Positions 17,389-33,089 of a DNA stretch of 64,000 bases are shown piece by piece. The translations under genes and the position numbers were made by a program. The stretch lies in the NCBI RefSeq assembly GCF_009914755.1, contig NC_060929.1. The stretch is one strand, 5' to 3'. The stretch's first letter is position 1; every line of letters begins with the position of its first letter. The DNA is from the human T2T-CHM13v2.0 reference genome, Homo sapiens. The notes below the pieces were generated by a model. That model did not search any database. It was not told where the DNA came from and was given only the letters and a program-made list of their open reading frames with translations.

Positions 17389-17892
17389 TTTCTACTGAGA
17401 AACACTACTACTTTACTGACACCTAAGAATTCTGCCAGATAAAATGTTGCTTTCTTTGCTAAAACAGAGCTCTTTGATCTTTGCTGGTAAGAATTCTTCT
17501 GAACTGAATAAAAGTTTTTAGAACATGCATGGTGGTGAAAAGTATACATAGCCCTTTGAGTCTGGGCAGGGAAGAAAGAAAGTTTCACAAAGGCTAAAAC
17601 AAGCCACCACTCTCATAAAACCTGATGAACAGTTGAGTCTGAATTCATGAGATTATGGGGTTTAGAAAGTGTGAAGATGGATAGGCGACCAGTTTGGCTT
17701 TAGTGAGATTATTGTTTCTGTTTGCTTGGATAAAACTCAGGTGCTGGTGGGGTGACTTTGAATGTTGATGGAATATTAGAACTTTTGTGTCCCCCAAACT
17801 GCTTAAATCTTAGGTCTGTTGGACCATATGTAAATGGCCTTCTTTTCATATTCACTTTTTTTGCTCTGCCATCTTGTAAAAATCTTGGAGGA

Positions 17893-18268
<376 letters not shown>

Positions 18269-20498
18269 TCATTTCTAATGGCAGAACTCCATGGACATGG
18301 ACAACACAAATACTGGTTAATGGTGTTTGGTATATTCTCTTCAAGAAGACAAATATTTTGAGAAATATTTTTATCAAAAGTGGTAAAAGGGAAACATTTT
18401 AGAGTTTAAAGGAGTTCTCCCAAGCCAGCATGTATTCCTGGGTTGTCCGGGAAATTCTCGGCTCACTCTTGAGTTTGACATCACCTTTATAGATGACCAT
18501 AGTTGAAGCTTAACTATTTCAGGGCGGCATGATAAATGAGAAGAATAATGAAAGGCATCCGATTTGACAGAAAGAACACTTAATTTGTAGTTAGACCTGA
18601 GTTTAGATCCTGGTTTTAGCCATTACTACCATTGTGACCTGGGGCCAGTTTTTAACTCCTGTGGGCCTCAGTTGCATTAATTGAGATAATTTGTTTCTAG
18701 TATCTTGGCCCCTGCATTGGCATTCTATCAATGTTAATGCTCTTTTCTCTTTCATTGTTTCATACTAGAATGCACATCCTCTGTATAGCACATACTGTCT
18801 AACATAACCAGGCAGCGTAGTTTACTTGGCTTCTTCATTGAAAATCCATTCAGTTCTTTTGGGAGGCTTCCCTCAGCCCCTGTGCCCCAGGGTGTGCATA
18901 ATCCTGCTAGCCATAGTGATGATGTCCACTGGCTCTCTTGTCTTTCGAATAGAGGCAAACACCCCAGACTGTTGGTGCCTGATTGGATTCGACTCATGGC
19001 CAGCTTTGGATGTGGGGTTTTCAGTGGGGTTCTTGCACAGGCTCAGGGGGAGAACCCTCCCAATAGCCACACTTCTTGAGGTGGTGGGCACAGGTAGGCA
19101 TAGGAGGGAATGGAAACAGTGGCACTATTGCCCAGCAATTGGACTATGCTAAAGATGGGAAATATTTGAGGCCTAATCTGCATTTGGTTTTCATATATTT
19201 CATACTAATTAGGAACACATTTCAATGCTTTGAAGTTGTAAAAAGCTCTCCTGCATACATTCCAAATTGATGTTTCTCTGCCCTGGATATGCCATACATT
19301 TAGAGTACTACATCAGGGAAACACAGACCTCAGAAAGACCTTTGGTTTATCCCCAGTGCATCTGTGGACATTTCTCTTCCTGCTTCTGAGTTATTTGCCC
19401 GGAGTGATTTGCCTTTGCTTTGTACCTTGTTAGTTTTTTTCTCTCTCTGTTTAAGCAAGGATTAATGCTTCCTTTAATTGGGCTGTGGCTGTTTTACATG
19501 GATTGGTGATTGCAAAGCTTTTTGGAGCAGGTGTGGAGCAATGAATAGTCTTTTTAATTTCATTTTTTGATTTACATTTTTTTTATAACCACTTCTGCAA
19601 CAAATGGTGAAACTCCATGGCTACCCTCTTTTTCAGTCAATGGTTAATGGTTTTTCCATACTCCCCAGCTGCTTATCATGGGCACAGCTGACAAAACCAG
19701 AAGAGCCTTTCTAGTAAGGTGAGCTGAGCTGGCATTTGTACAGGACAAAGGACTTTGGTAGAATTAGGGCTTTGACAAAGTGAACAAATGTAAAGGCAGC
19801 TGGAAACTTGAGTGTTGCTAATCAGGAATATATTTTGAGATTCTGAAGTTTCCAAAACATGTGTGTACTTAAGAAAAATAACCCAACAACGTGTGGGTTA
19901 ATAGATTTTCCTGTTTTAAAAATCCCTTTGTGTGGGTTTTAAAGATGTTTTTCATACTTTTGAACAGTTTACTGTCTCAGAGAACATTACTAGCTCTCAT
20001 TTTATTTTTGAGGCTCTTTATCCACGTGCTCCTGCCAAATGCCCTCTACCAACCACTCATTTATGGGCCGGTTCCTTTATCTTTAGTTGTTAAGACTCTT
20101 TTCAAGGGAGCCTTTGCCTTTTGTTGTATTATTTATGATATTGATAATGAGCATTCTATAGAGTTCAAAAGGACTTGTTCTGATTATTGAGAGTTTACTT
20201 CTCTGCTGGTAGTTGCTTATGTCAGAAAATAGCTTTCTATGGTAGATTGGCCATCTGCTTTTGGGAGAAATCTACACTTTCCCCCAGTCAGCAAATGGAT
20301 AATATCAGTAATAAGATACAGTAAATTGGCTGCCCCAACCAAACAGCATATTTATATAAGTTGCCTGAAAACTAGGGTTGTGTCCATTCCATGTTCTCTT
20401 CCATATTTCATGCTGATGAAACTTACGATTATTTTAATTATCACCCCTGCACTAAATAAAATAATGGGATATTTCAAATGTAAGAAATTGAGAAAAAG

Positions 20499-21065
<567 letters not shown>

Positions 21066-21103
21066 TTACAGAAGTGATATTTTACCCTTTCTCTCTCTCT
21101 CTC

Positions 21104-21412
<309 letters not shown>

Positions 21413-21649
21413 TAAATCAGTTGTGTGTTTGTAAAAGTCTATACTCTAGAACTGTAAGGCAAAGCACTTAACACATGAAACACTACAAGTGTATTTAAAA
21501 TTGTTTGAATTAGTGGCCTGTCAAAGCTATCCTTTGAAAAACAAAACAAAAAACCTACAAAACCATCTCTACTTTCTCCTTTTCCTCTTGGAAGTTGGAA
21601 CAGTTCACATTTCAAAACCTTGCTTGAGCTAAGTTCTTAAAAAACCTTG

Positions 21650-21850
21650 AAAAGACTTACATCAAGTGCTGCATACTGTTATAAAGGCTTTACATGTATT
21701 AATTTATTTAAAACTTCCAACAACCCTGTGAGAGATAAACCAAGGCACAGATATTAAGTAATTTGGCTTTGGCCACACAACTAATAAATGGCAGAGCTAG
21801 TATTTGAACACACAGTGGCTCAAAAATATCTATACTCTTAACTGCTTTGC
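21650..21850 (-). mobile_element. MIR (others at ~18560-18740, 29160-29310, 30090-30200, 31615-31800, 47990-48220, 51040-51220, 53020-53210, 57780-58520)
   Basis: MIR core words aaaccaaggcacaga..ttaagtaattt, gatgaggaaactg, cctcagtttcctcac. Confidence 0.7.
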
Positions 21851-22390
21851 TGTGTAGTGACTGAGAGCTTTGAGTTTTCTTGGATCAGAATTGTGGCTTT
21901 GGGCATTTTGCTGCAAGGAAACCTTAAAATGGAGATCCATTCTGTTTGCATCCATTGTTTGAAGTAGGAACAATTATGAAATTCGACAATTTGATAAAAT
22001 TGTGGAATTTTGAACTTAGTTCATGAGTCATCAGAAGGACTTTGCCTTTAATGTGGTTTTCGAATATTCTAGATCAGTGTTTCTTTATTCTTTGTAACTT
22101 AAAGTTCTGTAAATGCATTTTGGTGTACCGGGACACATACCTGCAAACTCATTCAGGGAGAAGAAATGAGAGAAGAGATGAAAAATGCTGAAAGTTACCA
22201 CGTGCCAGTGGAATTTTGGTTTGTTCTTTCACCTTTGAGGGCACTCTGTAGGGCTTCCTCTCATCTAGTTGGGGCTTATCTTTTTGGGAAGGTGCTCTCT
22301 CACCAGAGACTTGTTTTCATGGTACCACATTTGTATCCTGAAGTACAAATATACTGTACTTTTCTTGATGCTTTAAGAATCCTGCAGCTT

Positions 22391-22692
22391 GGCCGGGCGC
22401 GGTAGCTCATGCCTGTAATCCTAGCACTTTGGGAGGCTGAGGCAGGCGGATCACGAGGTCAGGAGTTCGAGACCATCCTGGCCAACATGGTGAAACCCTG
22501 TCTCTATTAAAAATACAAAAAATTAGCTGGGCATGGTGGTGGGTGCCTGTAATCCTGGCTACTCGGGAGGCTGAGGCAGGAGAATTGCTTTAACCTGGGA
22601 GGTGGAGGTTGCAGCCAGCCGAGATTGCACCACTGCACATGAGCCCAGGCGACAGTGCAAGACTCAGTCTCAAAAAAAAAAAAAAAAAAAAA
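22391..22692 (+). mobile_element. AluSg-like
   Basis: gatcacgaggtcaggagttcg; perfect 16-bp TSD aagaatcctgcagctt (22375-22390, 22693-22708). Confidence 0.92.
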
Positions 22693-23725
22693 AAGAATCC
22701 TGCAGCTTGACAGAAAAGCTGGGAAAGCGAGAAAGTCTTCAGTGATTCAAGGTCTAAATGCATTTGGAAATTATCACGTGGACCAAAAAATCTTGAATCT
22801 CAGAATACAATTTTGACAGATTTATTATGTGTTGTGTGTCTGTTTGCTCTGTCTTTGTGTTGGTCTTCCTGTGCAACTGTCAGTGTTGTCAGTAGAGGTT
22901 ATAGCAGGCCACAGATATATCTTGATGAGGACATGCTGGGCAGAGAATAATTTCTTAGCCATGTGCTGTATATGCATGAGCCTTGATGTACAAAAGAGTG
23001 CATGTAGTTTTTGATCTGGGAATAAAAAAAGCAGGTTCTCTGACCAATCTAGGGAATTTCTGTAATGAGAACGTGTCATTAATGACATTTCCTGAGGGCA
23101 TCTGCAGCATGAGACAGAATAGAATTTTTCTTTCTTTTTTCCATTTGCTGTAGAGTCCCTTTCTTCATCTTCATTCCATATCTTCTTTCCTTTTCTCTGT
23201 CAGCCTGCCTGCCTATCTGCCTGCCAGCCAGTCGTCTGCCTGTCTACGTATACATCACACCTTCGCAAAAGTATTCATGGGCAGCTACTGTGCTGTAATG
23301 ATATTGTGACATTTCAGAGTAATCTACCATATTTGTTTTTTAAAGTTCATTTTTTTCTGTGCTATTTATTTTGACTAAGAAGGTTGCTGTAATTAACCCA
23401 TACTTTTTAATCCTCTTGTGCCTTTTATAAGGAATAAAATTACTAGAATTCAGAAATAATGTGACTAGCATTGTACTCAAATCATAATTTTTTAAGATTA
23501 GATACCTTCAGATACCTTATTCCTCCAGTATTAAATTTGAATCTATGACAGAAATATTTTTAGTGTTTTCCAAAATATTTTTAAAGTGAAAATGTAAGTT
23601 CTCATTTGCTTGTACTGTCTTTTTTCCGCTCCTCCTTGAATTTGCCCCTTGCTCTGGAGAGCCTACAAAAGTTAAAACTTTTGTGAATGAGCATTGTCAG
23701 AATGCTATCTCAAAAATGGTATTTT

Positions 23726-25014
23726 TTTTTTCCAGTGGAAAATAACTTTTAAGACCCCACCAGCTGCAAAAACTGTTCCTGGCATTAAGCTCCTTCTTCC
23801 TTTGCAATTCGGTCTTTCTTGAGTGGTGCCATGAATGCTGTCTTCTCCTCCATGGTCTGGAAGCAGCCATGGCCAAACTTGGAGGTGGTGTCAATGAACT
23901 TAAGGTCAATCTTCTCCAGAGGCCGCCGTTTGGTTGGCACTGGCAAGGACTTGTGAAGGGTGAGCACTTGCTTCTTGGTGTCCACCACACAGTCTTTCAG
24001 CATGACAAAGTCATTGGTCACTTCACCATAGTGGACAAAGGCCCCCAGAGGGTGGCTTGTCAGACAGGTCATAGTCAGTGGAGGCATTGTTCTTGATCAG
24101 TTTGCTGTCCCTGACAAAGTATCCCTGGCTGATCTTATAGATCTTGTTGATCTCAGTGCTGTGACAGTAACCTTTCTGCCAAATGCATGCCACAGGTAAG
24201 GCCACAGGGGCAGGATGCTGTGTCCCAGTACAGGCCACTTTGCACAGGCCTCGATGGGTCTTGTGGGGTAGCTTCTTGGTGTGCCAACGACTGGTGACCC
24301 CTTTGTAGCCATTGCCCTTGGTCAACCTGATGACGTCGATCATCTTGTCCTGCTCAAACACTTGGTTCACAGGTACCTGCTGCTCAAGCCTCTCGTGGGC
24401 CCAGTCCAGCTTCTTGGCCATGGTGCCTCCCTTTACCTGGATCTCCATCAGGTGGGCCTTCCTCTGGTGCAGAGGAAGCAGGCACATCTGGGTGTAGGCA
24501 ATGATGCAGATGACTTGGCGGTACTTCTTCATGCTGCTGAAGTCCTTCTCCAGCTGCTTCTTGCCATCCTCATCCTGACATTTCTTGCAGTACTTGGTAA
24601 AGGCCTTCTTCTTAGATTTATGCCGGTTTTTATAGAAATGTCTCTTGCATGCATCGCTGATGTGCTCAGCGAAGACAGTATTGAAGGTCTGGAGGCCTCG
24701 AGGGGTTTCCACGAAGCCCACAATGGCCACAACCACCATGGGTGGTATCTCCACAATGGTCACAGCCTCTATCACTTCCTTCTTGTTCACCTTGGATCCT
24801 GGCCTGTCGACTTCCCGCATGATGTTGGTCATGCCAGCCTTGTATCCCAGGAAGGCTGTGAGGTGGACCAGCTTGGAAGGGTCATCCTTAGGAAAGCTCT
24901 TCACCTTCCCATGATGCTTCCTGCTGCGCTGCTGAGGCAGGAAGCCGAGGGACCCATGTCTGGGAGCGGAGAACCTTCTGTGAGACATCATGCCATCAAA
25001 TCCTGCCGGTAGAG
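23726..25014 (-). pseudogene. RPL3P6: Full-length processed RPL3 (uL3) pseudogene; probably RPL3P6
   Basis: [18 protein letters not shown] from the ATG at 24988; frameshift near 24055; the other frame ends ...[11 protein letters not shown] at 23785; intronless; poly(A) remnant 23722-23731; TSD caaaaa(a)tggtatttt (23711-23725, 25015-25030). The symbol number is recalled. Confidence 0.92.
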
Positions 25015-25726
25015 CAAAAAATGGTATTTTCAAAACTTTTTGAGCCAGGGATCCTCTTTGCCATCCAGTGGGCTTGTACGGGTCTACCTTCATTTTGTGT
25101 ATATTTTCCTTCAAGATTGTATTTCCCTCATAGATTGACATGCATTCGTGTTTTGACATTGAAAATTTGATGAAGTACTTTTTCCAGATAGAACTAAGAA
25201 AACTGTGACATTGATAGGGTGGCTGGAGTGTTATGTGAGATATCTTTATGTATAGATACTCTAACTTTCAATGTTGTGTTTTCTAGTAGTGTTGATGAAT
25301 TTGCAGTGATGAGTCTATAGCTTTCTGCTGATTTCTCTAGTAGTATTGGAGAAAGACGGAAAGCAACACATGGTAGTTGCATCCAAACTGGCTACAGACA
25401 TGCATCTATATACCTTTTTCTCCTGTATCTTTTATCCTGTAAAGTGGTGTTTGTGATGAATATGCCTGTTCTGGAATATGTCTTTAAAAATTTTTTTAAA
25501 TGATTATATGAAAATCTATCTTTCTGTAGGGAATTCAGACAACACAGAAAATTGTGAGGAAGCAAAAATCACAGTTAACAGTTTGGTGAGACAGGAGTTG
25601 TCACTCTTAACAGTTTGATAATATGCACGCATGTGTGCTCACATGCACATACCAAAACATACACACGTGCCACTCTCATGATATAATGTGAGTAAAGTTA
25701 TATAACTTCACATTCTGTTTACCGGC

Positions 25727-26028
25727 ATTTATTTATTTATTTATATTGAGATGGAGTTCGGTGTTTTTACGCAGGCTGGAGTGCAATGGCGTGATCGCAG
25801 CTCACCGCAACCTCCGCCTCCCAGATTCAAGTGATTCTCCTGCCTCAGCCTCCTGAGTAGCCGGGATTACAGGCATCCGTCACCACCCCCTGCTAATTTT
25901 GTATTTTTAGTAGAGACAGGGTTTCTCCATGTTGGTCAGGCTGGTCTCGAACTCCCAACCTCAGGTGATCTGCCCACCTCGGCCTCCTAAAGCACTGGGA
26001 TTACAGGTGTGAGCCACCGCGCCTGGCC
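25727..26028 (-). mobile_element. AluSp
   Basis: ctcaccgcaacc, tttctccatgttggtcagg. Confidence 0.9.
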
Positions 26029-26149
26029 CATCAGCCTTTATTTTTTAACTCAATACTTTGGCTGTTTTCTCCTGTTAATGAATATGATCTAAAATGGCCA
26101 TGTTGTGTTCTCATATATATATATAAAATCTGTTTCTCAATACCTTTTT

Positions 26150-26462
26150 ATATTTATTTATTTATTTATTTTTTGAGACAGAGTCTCGCTCTGTCACCCA
26201 GGCTGGAGTGCAGTGGTGCGATCTTGGCTCACTGCAACCTCCGCCTCCCAGGTTGAAGCGATTCTCCTGCCTCAGCCCTCCCGAGTAGCTGGGACTACAG
26301 GCGCACACCACCACTCCCGACTAATTTTTTTTTTTTGTATTTTTAGTAGAGACGGGGTTTCACCACACTGGTCAGGCTGGTCTTGAACTCCTGACCTCAT
26401 GATCCACCCGCCTCAGCCTCCCAAAGTGCTGGGACCACAGGCGTGAGCCACTGCACCCGGCC
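26150..26462 (-). mobile_element. AluS (Sg/Sx)
   Basis: TSD tctcaataccttttt on both sides. Confidence 0.9.
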
Positions 26463-26707
26463 TCTCAATACCTTTTTAATAGGTATTCAGTTTTTCACTA
26501 TTATGAACAATTCTACAATAAACATTATTGGTGTATTCATCTTGCCCAGTTACATTCTGAGGGCAAATTTCTAGAAGTAGAATTGCTTATATAATTTTAT
26601 TTTACATATAGTTATGCTTTATAGGAATATATTGAGAAATGTTTAATTTTTTTATAGTCAGCGCTCCCAGAAAGCTGATAATTTGTGCCTTTAAAAACCT
26701 ACTTTTA

Positions 26708-26867
<160 letters not shown>

Positions 26868-27579
26868 TGTACTTTTAGACGGAATGTACTGTGCATCCAG
26901 TAGGGCAAAAATCATTCAGATTGCTAGACTTGAGGGTTCTTGGGTCTGGTTTTTTGTAAATTTTTTGTCTTCTTCTTTAGGTCTTTTCCAGATATGCGGC
27001 TTTTAATCTACAGGGGGCTTGGAAACAATATAACCAACCTTATTATATGATGTATAAAATAGAAGCAAGCAACCCCTGAGTCAAAGTATATGGAATGTTC
27101 TAGTGCTAGGGGTGGGATAGGAACATTGTTGGCTGGTTGAATTTTGCATAGGTAAGGACTTTGTTTTAGTTTGGGGAATATTTATATTGATGCTCTGTTT
27201 GATTAAATTATTTCTATTACAGAGCAGCCATTTATTGATGAATATAGGAGACAAAGCCATATAAATGGAGATAAAAGGCAAGCTCTTATGATTAAAAGAA
27301 AATTCCCATCCTTTAGGTTGCACCAGTACTCCCAGGAAGTGCTAGTGCAGTGTCTGCCTCCTCACTCCTTCCTTGTCTGGCACATCCCGCTTGGAGTGCT
27401 CCTTTTTGGGAGAGTGTGCCCTTGTCTCTGGGCATGTGCCCTGGGCTGTCAGGCAGTGTCTTCTCCAGGGCTGGGAGTGAAGACTCAGCCAAGTCCTGAC
27501 TGCTTGCACCCTGGCACCCCCAGCATGGGAAGAATTGCCTGGCCTGCTAAGCAATATTAATTCTTCCTCCAGTATTGAC

Positions 27580-28120
27580 TGTTTGATTTATACCAGCACT
27601 GGGTGAGTCCTGGGAATTCAGAGCTGACTCAGACCTTTTCCCCATCTTCTTGGGGCTCACTGGGTGGAAAGTAAGATGACTCACATTAAGTACCCTCTGA
27701 ATGGTGTATATGATATATATGAGGGGGGAATTATCAGTTCTTCCTGAGGATCTGTGAAGTTGTCCAAAAGAGAAAGGGACACTTGGATTCAGTAATGGCA
27801 AATGAAAGGAATTAACAAGGCAAATACTGTTAGGAGGGCTTACAGGTGGTTGGCCAGAGGAGGGGGTATGGAAAGGCATTCTAGGCAGCAAGTAAAGCTT
27901 GTGCAAAAATGGAGTGTGAAACAGTTACCCCCTTTTTCCAATTCAGATTCTGCACAGCTGCTACAGGGGGTACTAAGTGTTAGAAGAGGGTAGTGCAGGA
28001 CCCTCTGCACTATGGCAGGTCAGACCATAGTGGACGTTGTGTGCCGTGTTGAGGAGTTGAACTTGATCCTCTGGGGACAGAAGACTACCATCATGAGGCT
28101 TTAATTAGCTCTGTGCTTTG
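27580..28120 (-). mobile_element. L2 fragment
   Basis: aaggcattctaggcagcaagtaaagcttgtgcaaa and gttgaggagttgaacttgatcct are antisense-L2-like; a similar piece lies at ~38570-38890. Confidence 0.6.
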
Positions 28121-29367
28121 ATTTATGGGCACAGTCATGATGAACAAATGAAAGCCCATTGTGCTCATTTTGGGGAGTTATAAAATCACTTTTATAAGTT
28201 AGGGGATGTGTTAAGCATTAGTACCAAAGGGGGTACATTTATAATGCAACTCATCCTCCTTTCAGTGCTCTCATGGCCTGGAAGGTGAGCAGAAAGAATC
28301 TTTTAATAAAGGGGGCACAATTTCAGTCAGATTGTGTAACTTCTCAGTGCTAAGACAACTTATCTAGGTGGTCCAACTTGGTGAAGGTATAAAAGTGTGT
28401 TGGTGGGGGGGCACTGGGTGTGTCCTTGCCCAGTCTTACCTGACAGACCAAGAGAGGACAGACAGCAGGCTATGTAAAGAGTAAGAGCAGTCTTTGTGCA
28501 GTGCAAAAAAAAGGCCATTTGCTGTGCATTGATTTTTTTCCCCCCATTCATACCTGTACACAGATATGGATCTATCAGGGTGTCATGTTCGAATACTGAG
28601 TTAAGCAATATCAGAGTTAAGATAAAAATCAACGGTTTAATTGATTAAATGAGCACAGGGCTATACACATGATGATAGCTCAGTAACTGATTTTTTAAAA
28701 ACATGAGTTTAAAACAAAATGGATATCAAAAATTAAAAAACACTTGGTTAAAAATTTCTATGCTGCTTTTTGATATATCAGGAAAGATTAATATTTATAA
28801 TTTCTAATTTATAAATTAAGACATTCTATTCACTTGACCTTTTAAGCAAAGTTTTTATAAGTAAGCCACAGTAGGCCATGAACTACATTAGTTATCTGAT
28901 AGTAGAGTGTTCTCAGAGAATTTATTTTTCTACAAAATTATTTAGATGTAGTAAAGAAAATTGCTTTACTCAGTGCAGGTGGGGGTGTAGTGGGCTGTTG
29001 ACTTTGAATACTTTATTAAGCTCTACTTTTTTTTTTATGGGAGGTATTGATTTAAGGCATTCTAAATCATTTATTAGATCAGTATATTGCTTGGAAACTA
29101 AAAGATCTGGAGAGTTTGTGCTTCTGTACAAGTCTACAGATAAACCGAGATTGGAAAGTACAGTCTGGTGTTTGGAGGCAGACGTGATCTTGGGCAGGGC
29201 GAACCAGAAGGCTGGGTTTAGCTTCTACTTACACCAGCACTGCTAGCTGTGGGCTTTGGATCTATTACTTTTCTTTATCACCTTCATCTTCCTCATTTGT
29301 AAAATTATCCCAGCAACACGTAACCTTCCTGACCATGCATATTTATTTTGAGAATTGAATGTTTTTT

Positions 29368-29664
29368 GGCCAGGTGCAGTGGCTCACGCCTGTAATCCCA
29401 GCACTTTGGGAGGCTGAGGCAGGCGGATCACAAGGTCAAGAGATCGAGACTATCCTGGCCAACATGGTGAAACCCTGTCTCTACTAAAAATACAAAAATT
29501 AGCTGGGTATGGTGGCGCACACCTGTAGTCCCAGCTACTCAGGAGGCTGAGGCAGGAGAATCACTTGAACCGGGAGGCAGAGGTTGCAGTGAGCCGACAT
29601 CGCGCCACTGCACTCCAGCCTGGTGACAGAGTGAGACTCTGTCTCAAAAAAAAAAAAAAAAAAA
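29368..29664 (+). mobile_element. AluSc
   Basis: ggtcaagagatcgag, cctggtgacag; TSD gagaattgaatgtttt (29350-29365, 29665-29680). Confidence 0.92.
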
Positions 29665-31242
29665 GAGAATTGAATGTTTTCATTCAAATGTGAATACAAC
29701 ATTGTATTTAACTTGGAAATTCTGAACAAATGTAAGATGGCAGTGTTGGTGGCAGATTCTTTTTTCAATGGCATAGTGTCATATTTTAGTTTCATTCATA
29801 TTGGCCTGGTTTAAATAGTTTACCAAGGTTGGTGGGTTATCTACACTTTAAAATTAATTAAACATTTTAAAATTAAGTTTTTGGTTAAAATTTTTACCTG
29901 TTGCTAAATAAAAAATATACAGAAAACACAGATTTTTTTGGGAGAAAGGGGAGTTAAATGAATTATCCGTCTAATGTCTTCCAAATATTCCTTATTAAAT
30001 TGTTGAAGTGGACATAGTTATTCTCTTAGGAGTATTATAAACATAATAACAATAAATTTGTTTGCCCTTACAGAGTTTAAAATGACTGTTACCAATTTAC
30101 AGGTTAGGTAGGGAACTGCTTCTCAGAGAGGGTAATGACTTACCCATGATTGTCCCAATATTCAGCAGTAAGATGTGGTACTAGAACTAAGTTCTGTTGC
30201 CATATTGTCAATATTTGCCTGAATTTGTTTGTTGTATGAAATAACCAGGTTTTTCAGTTTTGGACATTGGTTTAGACTCAATCTAAAAACCATTAAATTA
30301 GTTCAGGCTGTACCTTCCTGTCCGCCAAAAACATTATCCCAGTTGTGTGTAATACTGTATATATATCTAAAACATCTTATACAAATGTTTTTATGTAATC
30401 AAAATGAGTTTTCTTAAATTTAAATACATTGGATTTACCACTGATAAATTAGATTTTAATCAGATTCACCTTGAGTGTTATATTAGGGAGTCAGTGAAGT
30501 GCCCCCAGGGGGTGGCAATCATGACTATAAATCCTCATTTCAGGAGAAAAATGGCAGTTTGTTTTTGTTGGTCTGCACGTGCTGTGAATCATCAGCCCTG
30601 CAGTAGGGTCCTCCAGGGACTGTGGCATGCACAGCCCATCAGTGACAGCCAAGTAGTTGTGAGTGACTTTTTTTTTTTAAGAGGCAGTTTACTTTGTTTT
30701 AAAAACATGAACCTTTAAAAGAATTCCAAAAGTAGCACACACATTGAAAATTATAATCAAACATACTAAAGGAAAATGTTAAATGACTCCTAAAATTTTA
30801 GCATAGAAGTAATCTTCACCTAAATTTTGAATTAAATCTTTTGTTGTGAGTGACTTCTGAAGGGGATGGAGTCCTTATTGCCTTTTTAGCTCACTAACTC
30901 CAAGTGTAGAGAATGGGCTTTATGGTCCAAATCTACTTAATCCACGTTGAGAGGGAACAGAAAAGGAGTTTGGTCGCAGTGCCTAGCACAGAAAGAAATG
31001 AAATTTACCTATTAATGTAACTATTAAGAGACTTCCCACTTTACCTTCAAAACAAAAGGAATATCATTTTCATGTCTATACTTAGTCTTCCCTGCTGTCC
31101 TGTAAGCCTCTGGTTGCAAAATAGAATCTCAATAGTATTTCAGAGAATGGGACTTCTTGCCATCTGATACCTGTGAAACTCTTAAGTGATCTTGGGCCCT
31201 GCTCTCTTGCTGTGGTTCCAGTTGAAGTGTGGAGTCTCACAG

Positions 31243-31579
31243 CAGGGGTCCCCAACCCCTGGGGCCATGGAACCCTACAGGTCCCTGGCGTTCTAGGAAC
31301 TGGGCCACACAGCAGGAGGTGAGTGGCAGGCAATTGAGCATTACTGCCTGAGCTCCGCCTCCTGTCAGATCAGCAGAGATTCTGATTCTTATAGGAGGGT
31401 GAACCTTATTGTGAACTGTGTATGCAAGGGATCTAGGTTGCACACTCCTTATGAGAATCTAATTCCTGATGATCTGAGGTGGAACAGTTTCATCCTGAAA
31501 CTATCCCCCTACCCCTAGTTCATGGAAAAATTGTCTTTCATGAATCGGTCCCTGGTGCCGAAAAGGTTGGGGACTGCCG
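31243..31579 (+). mobile_element. MER1B (hAT-Charlie MITE)
   Basis: TIRs caggggtccccaacc ... ggttggggactgccg; internal ctccgcctcctgtcagatcagc and tcctgatgatctgaggtggaacag; ~337 bp. Confidence 0.88.
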
Positions 31580-31991
31580 CCTTTATAGCATCAGCTCTCC
31601 TTGAGCAACTAGCCAGGCAATGTTGTATAGTGTTTAAGATTTGGGAGCCTTAAGTTCTGCATTTGAATCCTGGTTCCAGCACTTAGTAACTCTTGACCCT
31701 GGGCAAGTAACTTAATCTCTTGGAACCTCGTTTTTCCTTATCTGTAAAATTCAATAAAATATTTATCAACGTGCTTAAAAAATGCATAGCACAGTATTGT
31801 GGTACCTGATTAGCCCCAGCAGAGGTTCATTACAATTTTGATTTTAGGATTAAAGTAAACATTGTATAATTTCAGTTCTGAGAATAAATTTCTCTGAGTT
31901 ATGAAGCAAACTGAATTTGTGTACTGGTGTCATTAGGATGCTTTTTAGTGAGAGAAGGAAGGATGACCTTGAGCTTATGGCGGAATGGTAG

Positions 31992-32452
<461 letters not shown>

Positions 32453-33089
32453 TGACTTCGTTGAGAAAATTACTAACATTGGCATTCCAGTTTGTCTCAC
32501 ATACTGAAATCTCCTCTTTATTTACCAGAACAGATTCCATCTCTGTCTTTTGACTGAAGTGAAAACATAAGACCTTCTTTTGCCTTTTCCACAATCTGTC
32601 AACACCTACTGAGTTGGACAGAAGGTTTAAGCACAGTGAGGCTTCATCTTCGTGTTCCTGAGGGACCAGAATCCTCTGGTTACAAAGCCCTCAGAGCTAA
32701 ATTCTTAGTGGGGACACATGTACAGTATCAGTGTACATTCAGGGTTGGTGTTTCTTTGGCTATCTGAGTAACTTTGAACATTACAAAAAGAAATGAAAAA
32801 CAATCAAAATCTCTTGTCCTAAACACTGTAATTGGTTTCTCCAATTTCTACTTCCCACGTCTGAATGAACTTGTAAGAAGAAAATACTTCCTCTGTAGGT
32901 GGCCTGGTCAGGTTGGCCTGATACCTGGAGTGAAAAGATTGGAACAGAGTAAAGAGCACAAATCTGGGACCCTGGAAAACTGCCCTCTGGTCCTGGTTTT
33001 GCTGTTTAATGATTGTTATAACTAAACAAGGCAGTTTGCAGATCTGGCTTTAGTTTTCCTACCTGTACACTCGGGGGTATAGATGATCT

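Noticed and set aside
23202-23245. Degenerate (GCCT)n tract
   Set aside because: Short decayed microsatellite with no further structure
24281-25012. 243-aa + strand ORF
   Set aside because: Antisense shadow of the RPL3 reading frame with a non-ATG start
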